DNA from: Bdellovibrionales bacterium
GTDB lineage: Bacteria > Bdellovibrionota > Bdellovibrionia > Bdellovibrionales > UBA1609
Assembly: GCA_965261545.1 (NCBI GenBank)
Contig: CBDHDF010000007.1
Coordinates: 224,001-288,000, forward strand
Length of the DNA: 64,000 bases
Direction of reading: 5' to 3'
Part shown: positions 54,814-64,000 of the stretch, piece after piece
How the letters are laid out: each line of letters starts with the position of its first letter
Position numbering within the stretch: position 1 is the stretch's first letter
Made by a program: the position numbers and the translations under genes
The notes under the pieces: model-generated
Told to the model about the DNA's origin: nothing
The model's database searches: none
The model's input: the letters and a program-made list of their open reading frames with translations, nothing else

Positions 54814-54911
54814 GCCAGTTATCCACAAAATTTATCCACAGCAGCACTGCGTTGCTAGACATCGGGGTCACAGCCGCAGTGTCGCCATGGATAAATTTAT
54901 GGATAACTGGC
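54814..54911. repeat. Long imperfect palindrome with DnaA boxes (shared motif, copy c)
   Basis: GCCAGTTATCCACAAAATTTATCCACA...ATGGATAACTGGC. Confidence 0.85.
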
Positions 54912-55216
54912 TTTTACCGTACTATTTGCTCGTCACTCTCGCGGAGCTTTAGACATTAGCTGCGCCAAGGAATCCTGAAAAATACTCCATTTACCTCTGC
55001 CATAGGGCTGAAGGATGCATTTGGGGTCATGCCAAAAGTGGTGGGCAGAAAATCATTCCTCAGAATCTTGTGGCATAGTCCGAGTTAAATGATGAGCAAA
55101 ATAAAGACACTTGACTAAACTCTGAACGAAGAATAACTAAATCAGTACATCATCAACTGGCCGTTTTTCATTGGCGACGGCTTCTAAAAATGGCCAATTT
55201 TAATTGGCGCCTAACA

Positions 55217-55842
55217 TCAATAATGCGATTGGAGGTAATAAGAGTGCTTTTTCTCGCTGAGTATCGATCCAGAATGATTTCCTGGAAGTCATCGCAAGCC
55301 TCTGGCGGAATGCGCTTTCTAAGAAAAAGATCATCAATGATCAACAGGTCCACATGGATGAGTTGGGTGTAGAACCTCTTTCTGCGCCCCAGCTGCCTGG
55401 CCTCAAAGAGATTTTCAAAGAGCTTGTGAGCTTCTTGATACAAAACCTTGTAATTTGATATGGAACAGACCTTGGTGGCTATAGCTTTTGCAATGTGGCT
55501 TTTTCCAGTTCCAGGGGAGCCAATAAGCAAGGCTCCCTCCCCCTGCTTGATGAACTTCAAGTTCATTAATTCCAAGATCATTGGCTTGGGTATTTTTGGG
55601 TTAAAATTCCAATCAAAGCCGGTGAGGGTGGACTCTTCCGTGAGCTTGGATGCTTTGAGGAGTCTCTCACATTTTTTGCTTTTCTTGAAATCCTTTTCAT
55701 CCTGTAAGAGCAATGAGAAGGTCTCTTGGAAGTTTTGTTGGTTCTGTGTGTGTTGGTAACTTCGAGCCTCAAATGTTTCAAACATGCCTATAAGCTTAAG
55801 GCTTTTGAGAGTCTCTTGTATTTCTGTAGGTGACATTGGCAT
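55217..55842 (-). pseudogene. istB: istB, truncated at the C-terminus
   Basis: GSPGTGKSH, IIDDLF, TSNR, then cut by the IS21-A right end. Confidence 0.9.
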
Positions 55843-55914
55843 TGTGATTGCTCCTTTCCTCTAGAAGAGGGGTTGGGGGGGTGGATTAAGTAAGGTTGGT
55901 GCTAGGCTGAGGGT

Positions 55915-57331
55915 CAATGCCGTTTCCTTAAGAAAAATCTCTTGAAATCATTAGATAAATCGACAAGAATAAGACTTGTTTTATTTTACACCCAACCCTC
56001 AACCAAGGAGTAAGTCACATGCAATCCAATATTGATCTCGAAAGCCCCCAAATGACGAGTTCGCGTCACAGATGACCATTTTATTCTACCAAAACTTGAT
56101 TCTTCCTTCAAGCCAGAGCACCTTGTCGATCCAGAAAAACAAAAAAGGAATCGAAAATTTAATCCTCAAATTTTCTTTTTTACCATTATCTATCTTATTT
56201 CCGGAACAAATTACGAAGGCTACCAAATCGCTCTTAAGACGGTATGGACTCATTTTGGTGACCTGCTTCTCATGCCAGTCAAAAGCAGTCTCAGCAAGAT
56301 ACGTCAAAGTATTTCTTACCTATTTTTCAAAGATATCTTTGAATCTCTGATTACAGACTACGAACCATTGAGAAAAACGTTTCATGGTTTTTATATCTAT
56401 GCCATAGATGGCGACCAATTAGCACTTCCTCGCTCTAAAGATCTTTTAAAGGAGGGTTATTGTGGGTACCCTTGCCCAAATGAGATGGAAACTCATTTCT
56501 TACGTATGTATCTATCTCATGCTTATGACGTTTTATCGGGTGTGACAAAGAATCTTTGCTATTCTCCCGCTCTCAACGAAATCGCCAATGCTATTCAAAT
56601 GATAGGTAGTTTTGAGAGTAATAGCATAACTCTCTACGATAGGCTTTATTTATCTACAGAGATTATTAAGGCCCATGCTCAAGCCAGTAACTTCTTTATT
56701 GCGCGTTGTAAGCGAGGCTCTACTTTTATCCCCATCGTAAATTTATTTAATGGCCCAGGTTGGTATTCACAAATGGTTATTGAGGGGGTGGTCATTCATC
56801 TCTATAAGTATAAAAACCCAAAGACTGGGGAGTTCTCTGTTTTGGCCACTAATCTTCCGCATGGCTCCTTGGACAAGAAGGATATGGTTGCTCTTTACTC
56901 TCGTCGTTGGGAAATAGAAACGACATTTCGTGATTTTACATCGACAATGAAAATGGAGCAGTGGCACTCAACAAGCCTTAATGGAATATTGCAAGAGCTG
57001 TATTCTTATTTTTGGCTCTTCAATTATACAAAGATTCAAATGAGCATAAATGAGGATGAAGACAGTGTGAATCAGTTGGTAAAAAATGACTACAAAAAAC
57101 CTAACTTTAAACTGATTCTTGATTTCATAATGGATAGCATCCCCCTTTTTGTTGCGGGGCTCTATCAGAAATTTAGGAAGCAGATAAAGTTGCTGATGAA
57201 GATTTCAATGGAGAAGAGGAGGCACTTCAAAAGAAGCTATGAAAGGTCTATCAAAAGGGCTGGGAGTTCTTTTAAAAGAAATAGCTTAACGCAGAGGCAG
57301 AGGGGTGTGGTGGCTTAAGGAAACGGCATTG
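55915..57331 (+). mobile_element. IS4-family element E
   Basis: 18-bp IR CAATGCCGTTTCCTTAAG; 10-bp TSD GGCTGAGGGT. Confidence 0.93.
56019..57318 (+). CDS. IS4 transposase, apparently frameshifted near the N-terminus
   Basis: AIDGD, YDRLY, YSRRWEIETTFR. The main frame is open from 56056 without a start, and the RBS-preceded ATG at 56019 is in another frame. Confidence 0.8.
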
Positions 57332-59096
57332 GGCTGAGGGTGTAAGGGTGAGTGGTAGATTTCGTTGTTGGCATGTAAATCCCAGTAGATGGCATACTCG
57401 GATGGTGCTCGAATGATGTCGTGGTCTTGGGTGAGGTGGGATTCCATCTTTTTCTCATCCACAGGGGGCTGTAGTTCCTCAACAAGCCTTTTAAAGACCC
57501 TAAGAGATAAGACCCCTCTGCTCACAGCCTGAATGGCTGCTTTTTCAATAAGATCAGAGTGATATTTTTTAGCCAAGGACACCACCCCACGCATCTGCCT
57601 GTTTCCAACTCTCTCATCCACCCTGAGTAATGACTGACAAAAAGCTTTTGTTTGAGGGCCAATCTGACCCGCATCAGCTAAAATATTTTCTACATGGCGA
57701 GATGGATTATAAACACGATCTTTGTCTAGCAAAGAGAGACTCCCCGGGAGAGTGGCTTTTTGGTGGCGGCGGATAACACTCATCGTAGCAGGGTCCATAA
57801 TCTCTATGTCTTTATCATAAATACGCACAATGACTTGGCTCTTTAGATCAGAAGGGTAGGCGCAATAGTAACTGTTTCCCACTTGAATGAGCCCATCGTC
57901 TGCAACTGTTCGTATCTCTTGTTTAAAAAAATCAAATTTCTTTTGGGGGAGCTTTTTGAGAAAGGGGCTCTCTTCTTCAAACATCTCAGAAACGACTCGC
58001 TTGGTGCGACCATGGACCCGAGGGCGAGCCCAAGTGTGCTCCCAGTGCATGAGCCACTCATTTTGCTCCTCAATGGTTTTAAATGAACGACCCTTCAGTG
58101 CTGTGTCTTGGGTGTGGTGAATGGCGTGCTCAACGGTTCCTTTCCTATCAGGATCACGAACTCTTGCCGGGTCAGCAACGACCCCGTAGTGAGTCAGTAC
58201 AGCGCCATAAACGGCGTTCAGCGTTGGCTCATAGATATCTGGCTTAATAACACCTTCCTTGAGATTGTCTAAGACGACATATTGAGGGCAGCCCAAAAAA
58301 TAATGAAAAGCCTCCTCATGGAGTCTGCTCCACGTCTCTTGGCTGGACTTCCAAACAACCTTGCGAAAAGAGGCACGAGAGTACTTGAGGGTCATCACAA
58401 AAAGGCGAGGCCGCCTATATTTGCCTGTCCGGGGGTGAACAGTCAGAGCCCCTTGGCCATAATCCACTTGGGCTTCCTCTCCGGGGGGAAAATCCAAGCG
58501 ATCATAGCGTTTGGGAGTACTCTTCTTCAGCTTCCTTACAAATTTTTTCACGCTGTCGTAGGAGTGAGAAAAACCAAATTTCTCCACTAAATCTTGGTAG
58601 ATGGCCATTCGATTGCGCTCTAAGTTCAAAGCCTGATTTTCAATCCAAGCCCTGTGGGGCTCACAAGCCGACTGATGACATAAGGGGCGTTGAGAGGTTT
58701 TATCTTTAAGAGATTTTTTCAATCCAGGTGGTTCTATACAGTCCGTGGATCCAGTTTCTGTGGGAGCAGCCATCGGTTCCACCATGGTTGTGGATGGGCG
58801 CGTGAGGCAGGCGGAGGAGTGCATGGAAGCCCCATCAGACACGACAAGACATGCTGAGCCTGATCCTATAGGGGAAGATGGAGGCGTTTCTAAGGGGGGT
58901 GTGGCTTCCCCTAGAAGAACCTGCTGATTGAATTCTGTGGAGGAGACCGAAACTTCCTTGGGCTTTTCGAACTGGGCCACAGGAAGGCTTGGAGGCTCCG
59001 CAGAGCAAATTTCAGGAGAACATGAAGATGAACATGACTCTGCTTCTGAGCACACCGAAAAGGCTGGAGATTTTGGCTCTATACCTCCTGTACGCC

Positions 59097-61650
59097 CAAT
59101 GGCATTCGTTTAGTGAGAGATCCCATTCGGTTAAGGATTTGAACCTCTAACTCCTCGGGGGTGGGCTAACCCCAAGTTTTTTTCTTTGATCCATGTGATT
59201 ATCCGTTGGCCATAGCCCCCCTAACCTCTTTACTGGGTCTCCATACTCCGATGGGTTTTCTAGAAACTCGGTCGTAATGCCTATTCGGACGTAGCCTTTG
59301 TCGGCAGGTCTTCATATTTGTAATGATGCAATTGAGGGTTTTACTAAGCACTACCTTTTGTTGAAGAAAAAGACCTTCAATATTTCTTGCAATTGTCAGT
59401 AAATTGTTTTTAAAGTTTGTCTGCATGGTTTGTTTTTTACTATGGGATTGAGATGTATTAAGACGGTCTTCCGTGTAGTTGGAAAATAATCTTGTCAGAG
59501 TGATAAGTGTGAAGTGTGCAAACAATTCTTGTTTGACTCCCCTTTCACTTTGAGAATGAAACTCTTCAATGGTCATCAGTTCTTTGGATATTTTGTACAG
59601 TTCCTCTATACTCCAGCGTCCATGATAGAGATTGGCCAGATCATCAATGGAATATTTTTTTTGATCCATTAAGGTTGTTCCTAGAACAAAAGTAGTTTGT
59701 CCAATTTTATATTTGACCAAACGCAAAGCGTAGGCTTTGAAGTCGTCTTGTGGCTTTTTTTTATGTAGTTCTTTCAGAATTTGCTTGCTAGGAATGACTT
59801 GGATCACTGAGTCTTTTTGATCATTATTAATAAATTCATCAAAAACAGTGTTGGCATTTCTCCTTATCCTAAACACCGCATGCAGACTTCGCACCTTATG
59901 CTCATGAAGCATTTCGTAGGAATAATAGCCACGATCATAAACCACAACATCGTTTTCAAACAATTTTTTGAAATGAGTTTGTGCAGCCTTTCTCTCATTG
60001 TTATGGGCAAAGAGATCAAAATCCACAGGAATCTTCGACTGTAGTTGGTACAGGCAACTGACAAGACCTTGAGGGTACCATGCTTTTTCCCATGGTTGCT
60101 GATACCCATTATCTACGAGTTGACGTGGTAAATTTATTTTCGATCCATCCACTGCGAAAACCTTATGGCCCTTCCATAAGGTACTAGAATTGGATATACC
60201 GTCTTGTTTAAGAATTTCATCATGCAAAACTTTAAATATATTTTCATCTACTTTAGCCCGTGCACTACACATAGTGGATGCCCGAACTGGTTTAGGTTGA
60301 GGGAGTTCAATGTCTAATATGCGACACTGCTCCCAAAGTTCAATCAAAGTTGTATCATAACCTTGTTTTCCTTTAGAGAAAACAAGTCGGAAGATGAAAA
60401 GTATAATCAACAATGTATTCAAGACACGTTGACGCTTTTGCCAGGTTCGGTCGTACTCATCTGCAATGATAACCACTGTCTTGATGATGTTTTGCCAAAG
60501 ATGCACAAAAGAGTCCTCTAGCATAGGCTCAGCCAAGTTCTTATGTGGCTTGATGGTGGGTTTCCCGACGGGTTTCTTGATAGCGCATTGGGGGCCATTC
60601 AATAAGATAGACTGATAATTCTTTGTCAGAGGTTGAACATAAACACCTTTTTGAGTTTTTCCCTTTACATTTTTGTAGGCACGACTCCCATTTGTTTTGC
60701 CCAAATAAAGCCAGTTGGCAGCACGATAGCTCGTGGCATTAAATTTGGTAAGGTCGACAAAAGTCTCCATGAGTACAGGTTTGAAAGCATGTTTTAACTC
60801 CCAGTCTGTGGGAAGTTGGCGAGTTGCCATAGATAAAGCCATCGAAGCAAGATGGCGAACCTTTACCCAGGGAAAGATCAAAAATCGACTATTGTTCACC
60901 ACTAAATTCAAGTGCTTTTTGTAAGCTCGATTTTGCCAACCGATCCATTCATCACGGCAAGGCAAAGTGGATGTGCCAGCTTCAAATAAAAGACAACCCA
61001 ATCTTCGCCCACAATTATCTAAGATGAAATAGCGTAAGTGGGGACCAAAGGGACGTCTGTAATTGAGATAATGATGCCGATCGACAACTTCATTCCATTC
61101 CTTAATGGCCTCTTGATCAGTTACGATTTGCAAAGAAAGTGGGGTCAATGAGTCTAGTTTATCGTTGATGAGAGGCTTTTCATCTGTTCGGTGTGTCCAA
61201 GTGATTTTTTTGGAGGGGACACTCCGCTTTGACATGTCTTTTTCTGGCAGGGATAGAATGTCAAGTTCCTCTAGCGTCTCAAGCATACGAAGGCACGATT
61301 GGATGCGATGATCACCTTTGGGAGTTAGCCAACCAAGATGTTCACAAACTGTATAACCCAGTTCACGGCGACTTAAAGAAGGAAATAGCGCCACCGTCTT
61401 TTGAATGTCGGCAATTTGCTTGCGCGTCAAGCGTCTTCCAAAAAAAGTTGTTGAAGGCAATGTCTCTATGCGTGGGTCCATTTGAGTCTCTCCCCTTTGG
61501 GAATGGTTCAAATATAATGTGACACAACGATGGGGTGGACTCAAGTATTTTTTTTCGGAAAAAGAAAAAAGATAAAAGCCCCCTTAACTCAGTATGTTAG
61601 AGGGAGTCAGAAAAATGTGGAAAAACCTTCTGCAAAAACGAATGCCATTG
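59097..61650 (-). mobile_element. IS4-family element F encoding a DUF4338-transposase fusion
   Basis: IR CAATGGCATTCGTTT; 10-bp TSD CCTGTACGCC. Confidence 0.93.
59199..61481 (-). CDS. DUF4338 (DruA-like) domain fused to IS4 DDE transposase, ~760 aa
   Basis: RHHYLNY, RDEWIGW, NNSRFLIFPWV, ETFVD, YRAANW, followed by AVDGS, YDRGY, YHGRWSIEELYK. Confidence 0.88.
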   Translation of the reverse strand: MDPRIETLPSTTFFGRRLTRKQIADIQKTVALFPSLSRRELGYTVCEHLGWLTPKGDHRIQSCLRMLETLEELDILSLPEKDMSKRSVPSKKITWTHRTDEKPLINDKLDSLTPLSLQIVTDQEAIKEWNEVVDRHHYLNYRRPFGPHLRYFILDNCGRRLGCLLFEAGTSTLPCRDEWIGWQNRAYKKHLNLVVNNSRFLIFPWVKVRHLASMALSMATRQLPTDWELKHAFKPVLMETFVDLTKFNATSYRAANWLYLGKTNGSRAYKNVKGKTQKGVYVQPLTKNYQSILLNGPQCAIKKPVGKPTIKPHKNLAEPMLEDSFVHLWQNIIKTVVIIADEYDRTWQKRQRVLNTLLIILFIFRLVFSKGKQGYDTTLIELWEQCRILDIELPQPKPVRASTMCSARAKVDENIFKVLHDEILKQDGISNSSTLWKGHKVFAVDGSKINLPRQLVDNGYQQPWEKAWYPQGLVSCLYQLQSKIPVDFDLFAHNNERKAAQTHFKKLFENDVVVYDRGYYSYEMLHEHKVRSLHAVFRIRRNANTVFDEFINNDQKDSVIQVIPSKQILKELHKKKPQDDFKAYALRLVKYKIGQTTFVLGTTLMDQKKYSIDDLANLYHGRWSIEELYKISKELMTIEEFHSQSERGVKQELFAHFTLITLTRLFSNYTEDRLNTSQSHSKKQTMQTNFKNNLLTIARNIEGLFLQQKVVLSKTLNCIITNMKTCRQRLRPNRHYDRVSRKPIGVWRPSKEVRGAMANG

Positions 61651-61902
61651 CCTGTACGCCCCTTTTTGGCAATGACCCTATGGGCTTTCGCATACTCTGA
61701 AACCGTAGATCGACCTACATGTAGCCTTTTCGCTATTTTACGAAATGAGTGACCTGCTATAATTAATGTTAATATCTCTTCTTGTTTTTGTTTATTCAAG
61801 ACGTTCATCCTTCCCTCCCAGGTTGTTTTCTAGAAGGTATTTTACAATACGCCTTGTCAGATATTAAATTTTAAATGGCCTGGTTTGCCCGCCCCTCCGG
61901 GG

Positions 61903-62327
61903 TTAAAAGGGACTTTGAAAACACGTCCTGTTTTCCATTGGACAGACCAGAGGATTATTGGACATTTAACTCTATGCTTTTTAACTTATCTTTGTGAGGC
62001 CCACCTTACAAAATGTTTAAGAGATAAGAAGATGAACCTAAAAAGCCCAGCCATAGGCATTGGTCATGTTAAAGAGCGACCTTTAACTGTTGTAGAGGCC
62101 ATGAGGGAACTCAAGGAAGTTAGGGCTATCCCTGTTAAAATTCGTGATCAAGTCATTTGGACCCGCACAGATATCACTGACAATGCCAACTCCTTATTTA
62201 AAGCCGCAGGCGTCCCCATCCCTCCCAGAATCCTTAATGCCCACAAGTGTGGATAAACAAAATACAACTATATGCGTTAATCCTTTAATATCATTCGTTT
62301 GACGCAGATGCTGCTGTCAAACTCGGG
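61903..62327 (+). mobile_element. IS1634-like remnant (transposase C-terminus and right end)
   Basis: LKTRPVFHWTDQRIIGHLTLCFL; end motif CTGTCAAACTCGGG. Confidence 0.75.
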
Positions 62328-62485
62328 AGTTTTAGGCCGAAACTAACGCATATCGTTATGAGTCACGCTACTCCTTTGGTCACCTAACTGCCAAAGTCAT
62401 GCCTCACACTCTTCAACAAACCAGGCAACAAATCTATGCACAAAATAAGCTTGCCCTTCGTCTAGCCTTTTGAAACCATGGATAT

Positions 62486-63274
62486 GTGGATATGGCCAGT
62501 ACATGTGAAAATTATCATTTAATCTACTTTAGGCAACGCTTTGGTCCTGAATTTTTCAGAAGAGTTCCCTCTTGTCAGGGTGTCTTTTGGATGACAGATA
62601 TAAAGAGGCACTGGCTATTTGTGGGAAAATCTAAGAACATCAAAAAACGTCTCCAGACTTTTCGCTACGAAAAAAATAAGGAGTTTGCCCACCAAGTTCA
62701 CAATATACAATGGCGCAAATGTCAAAGTGCGGAAATTTGTCACAACTGGTATGAAGAACTGTTACAATGTCACCGCCCTCAATTCAACAAACTTCATCAA
62801 CCTGATTTTTGCAATTCAATCAGTTATCGCATGGAACCTGGTTTCATAATCTTAAAAAGCGGTCAAGGAACTCCTACGGAGGGATTTACCCACTTTCACT
62901 TACCATTAGTCCAACACATAACCTTGCCATTGATGAGGTCTTTGTGGCAAATGATCCACCCCGCAGGCCCCATGGATATGCCATATATTCTCACAAAAAC
63001 AAAACCTCCCAAGAAGATTGTCGTTCCTTTAGGACACTGGCATGATCTAGGAGGCTTAGAGAGAAACCTTTACAACCTCCTCAGCTTTACCAATATCCGC
63101 CTTTTAAAAAACTTTGCCAGTCATATTGGTTTCTTAAAGAACCAACATGTGGATTCTTTCCTCATCGCCTGGCTAGAAAAGGATTACAAACTTCTAAATG
63201 ATTATTTCTTAGTAACCTCTCACGGGGGCACAAACTTTTCCACCCACCCCCATAAAAAGTTACAAACGAATTAA
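62486..63274 (+). CDS. GIY-YIG (UvrC-N-like) domain protein
   Basis: PSCQGVFWM..LFVGKSKNIKKRL..E..RPQFN. Confidence 0.65.
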   Translation: MDMASTCENYHLIYFRQRFGPEFFRRVPSCQGVFWMTDIKRHWLFVGKSKNIKKRLQTFRYEKNKEFAHQVHNIQWRKCQSAEICHNWYEELLQCHRPQFNKLHQPDFCNSISYRMEPGFIILKSGQGTPTEGFTHFHLPLVQHITLPLMRSLWQMIHPAGPMDMPYILTKTKPPKKIVVPLGHWHDLGGLERNLYNLLSFTNIRLLKNFASHIGFLKNQHVDSFLIAWLEKDYKLLNDYFLVTSHGGTNFSTHPHKKLQTN

Positions 63275-64000
63275 AAAAGAGTCTTCCACTTCTTTTTCAA
63301 CTGGGGAAGTCTCGCCAACAAAGCATAAGCCCTAAGAGCCTGCCTCCATGGCATGAGAAAGTGCCCCATATACCGCCCAGGTATGGTTATGTTGCAATGG
63401 ACAAAAGATCCCTTTTCGCATACCACCCCATCCACCATACGAATATGATCGCGCACCCCTGTTCTTTCCCCTAAGAGACATCGACTTCCAATGTGAGTGG
63501 AGCCCGCCACCATCACCCCCGCTAAAAGGAGGCTGTAGGAGCCAATGCTAACATTGTGAGCCAGGTGACAGTGAGCCCCCACCTGAGTTCCCTCACCGAT
63601 CACAGTGTCATCAAAGGTCCCGCGATCGACCTGAACACCCATACCCAACTCAACAAAATCTCCTAAAATCACACGACCGTAGTGGGGCTTAAAGTGATAA
63701 TGCCCCAAGGAATCCTGACCATAACCACAGCCATCCGAACCCAAGGTGGATTGAGACCGAATACGACAAAAGTTCCCCACCACCACATCATGGCGCAGGG
63801 TCACATGGGGCTCAATAAAAACATCATGCCCCATACAAACACGATCGCCCACATAGGTATGGGCTCCAATATGGCATCTCTCCCCTGTGACGACCCCATG
63901 GGAAATAACAGCATAAGGGCCTACCACTGTGCCCCTCCCCAACTGAACTCCCCGGGCCACCACAGCTGAGAGATCCACCTGAGGAGTCACATCATCCTTG
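63271..64000 (-). CDS. lpxD: UDP-3-O-acylglucosamine N-acyltransferase LpxD-like (5' end probably beyond window)
   Basis: Hexapeptide repeats, GSDGCGY, GRVILGDFVELG, VDRGTFDDTVIG, HLAHNV. Confidence 0.82.
   Translation of the reverse strand, partial: KDDVTPQVDLSAVVARGVQLGRGTVVGPYAVISHGVVTGERCHIGAHTYVGDRVCMGHDVFIEPHVTLRHDVVVGNFCRIRSQSTLGSDGCGYGQDSLGHYHFKPHYGRVILGDFVELGMGVQVDRGTFDDTVIGEGTQVGAHCHLAHNVSIGSYSLLLAGVMVAGSTHIGSRCLLGERTGVRDHIRMVDGVVCEKGSFVHCNITIPGRYMGHFLMPWRQALRAYALLARLPQLKKKWKTLF

Larger units (their letters stand above)
49832..55216 (+). mobile_element. IS21-family element A, copy 2 (full ends; istA interrupted by IS4-D)
   Basis: TGTTAG...CTAACA ends with repeated GTCGCCAAT(G/T)AAAA motifs; no TSD. 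Confidence 0.92.
55886..61808 (-). pseudogene. istA: istA of IS21-C, split by two IS4 elements
   Basis: HTH at 61651-61808 rejoins in frame (KGRTG|GIEPK); PGEEAQVDYG, LDNLKEGV, RKGTVE; native end HPQPSTNLT*. Confidence 0.88.
55217..61902 (-). mobile_element. IS21-family element C, truncated by IS21-A and carrying two IS4 insertions
   Basis: istA 61808 to 55886 after removing the inserts; istB 55842 to 55217; left end approximately 61902. Confidence 0.85.

Noticed and set aside
59120..59180. tRNA-like T-loop GGTTCAAATCC on the minus strand
   Set aside because: No acceptor stem or D arm could be formed, and it lies in the end of IS4-F.

Overview
A roughly 20-kb IS-free block of housekeeping genes (10.1-29.9 kb: ubiB-like kinase, rnr, 2OG-Fe(II) oxygenase, DUF366, aspS, three PPIase/SurA chaperones, typA, nhaA, 2-oxoacid:ferredoxin oxidoreductase alpha/beta, plsC- and cdsA-like genes, a sigma-54 regulator) lies between two dense nests of insertion sequences (1-8.6 kb and 29.9-62.3 kb). 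The gene set suggests a Bdellovibrionota/deltaproteobacterial-type host, which is an inference. The IS families present are IS110 (7 copies), IS21 (3 types), IS66 plus a 103-bp IS66 MITE, IS4 (3 types), IS1634, ISL3, ISKra4 and ISNCY-like, and most boundaries can be read from IRs and TSDs. The most notable signal is the IS110 element. Its ~410-bp left non-coding end folds into a bridge-RNA-like two-loop structure. The putative target loop (TGAATAGAT / GTAAC) spells the terminal inverted repeat of the co-resident IS66 (TGAATAGTTAC), and both IS110 clusters sit exactly at IS66 termini. Insertion regenerates the IS66 end, and the IS110 left end mimics it. The same IS110 is associated with self-insertion, tandem arrays and duplication of flanking DNA. 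Separately, a covarying ~95-bp hairpin flanked by DnaA boxes is shared by three unrelated IS elements.
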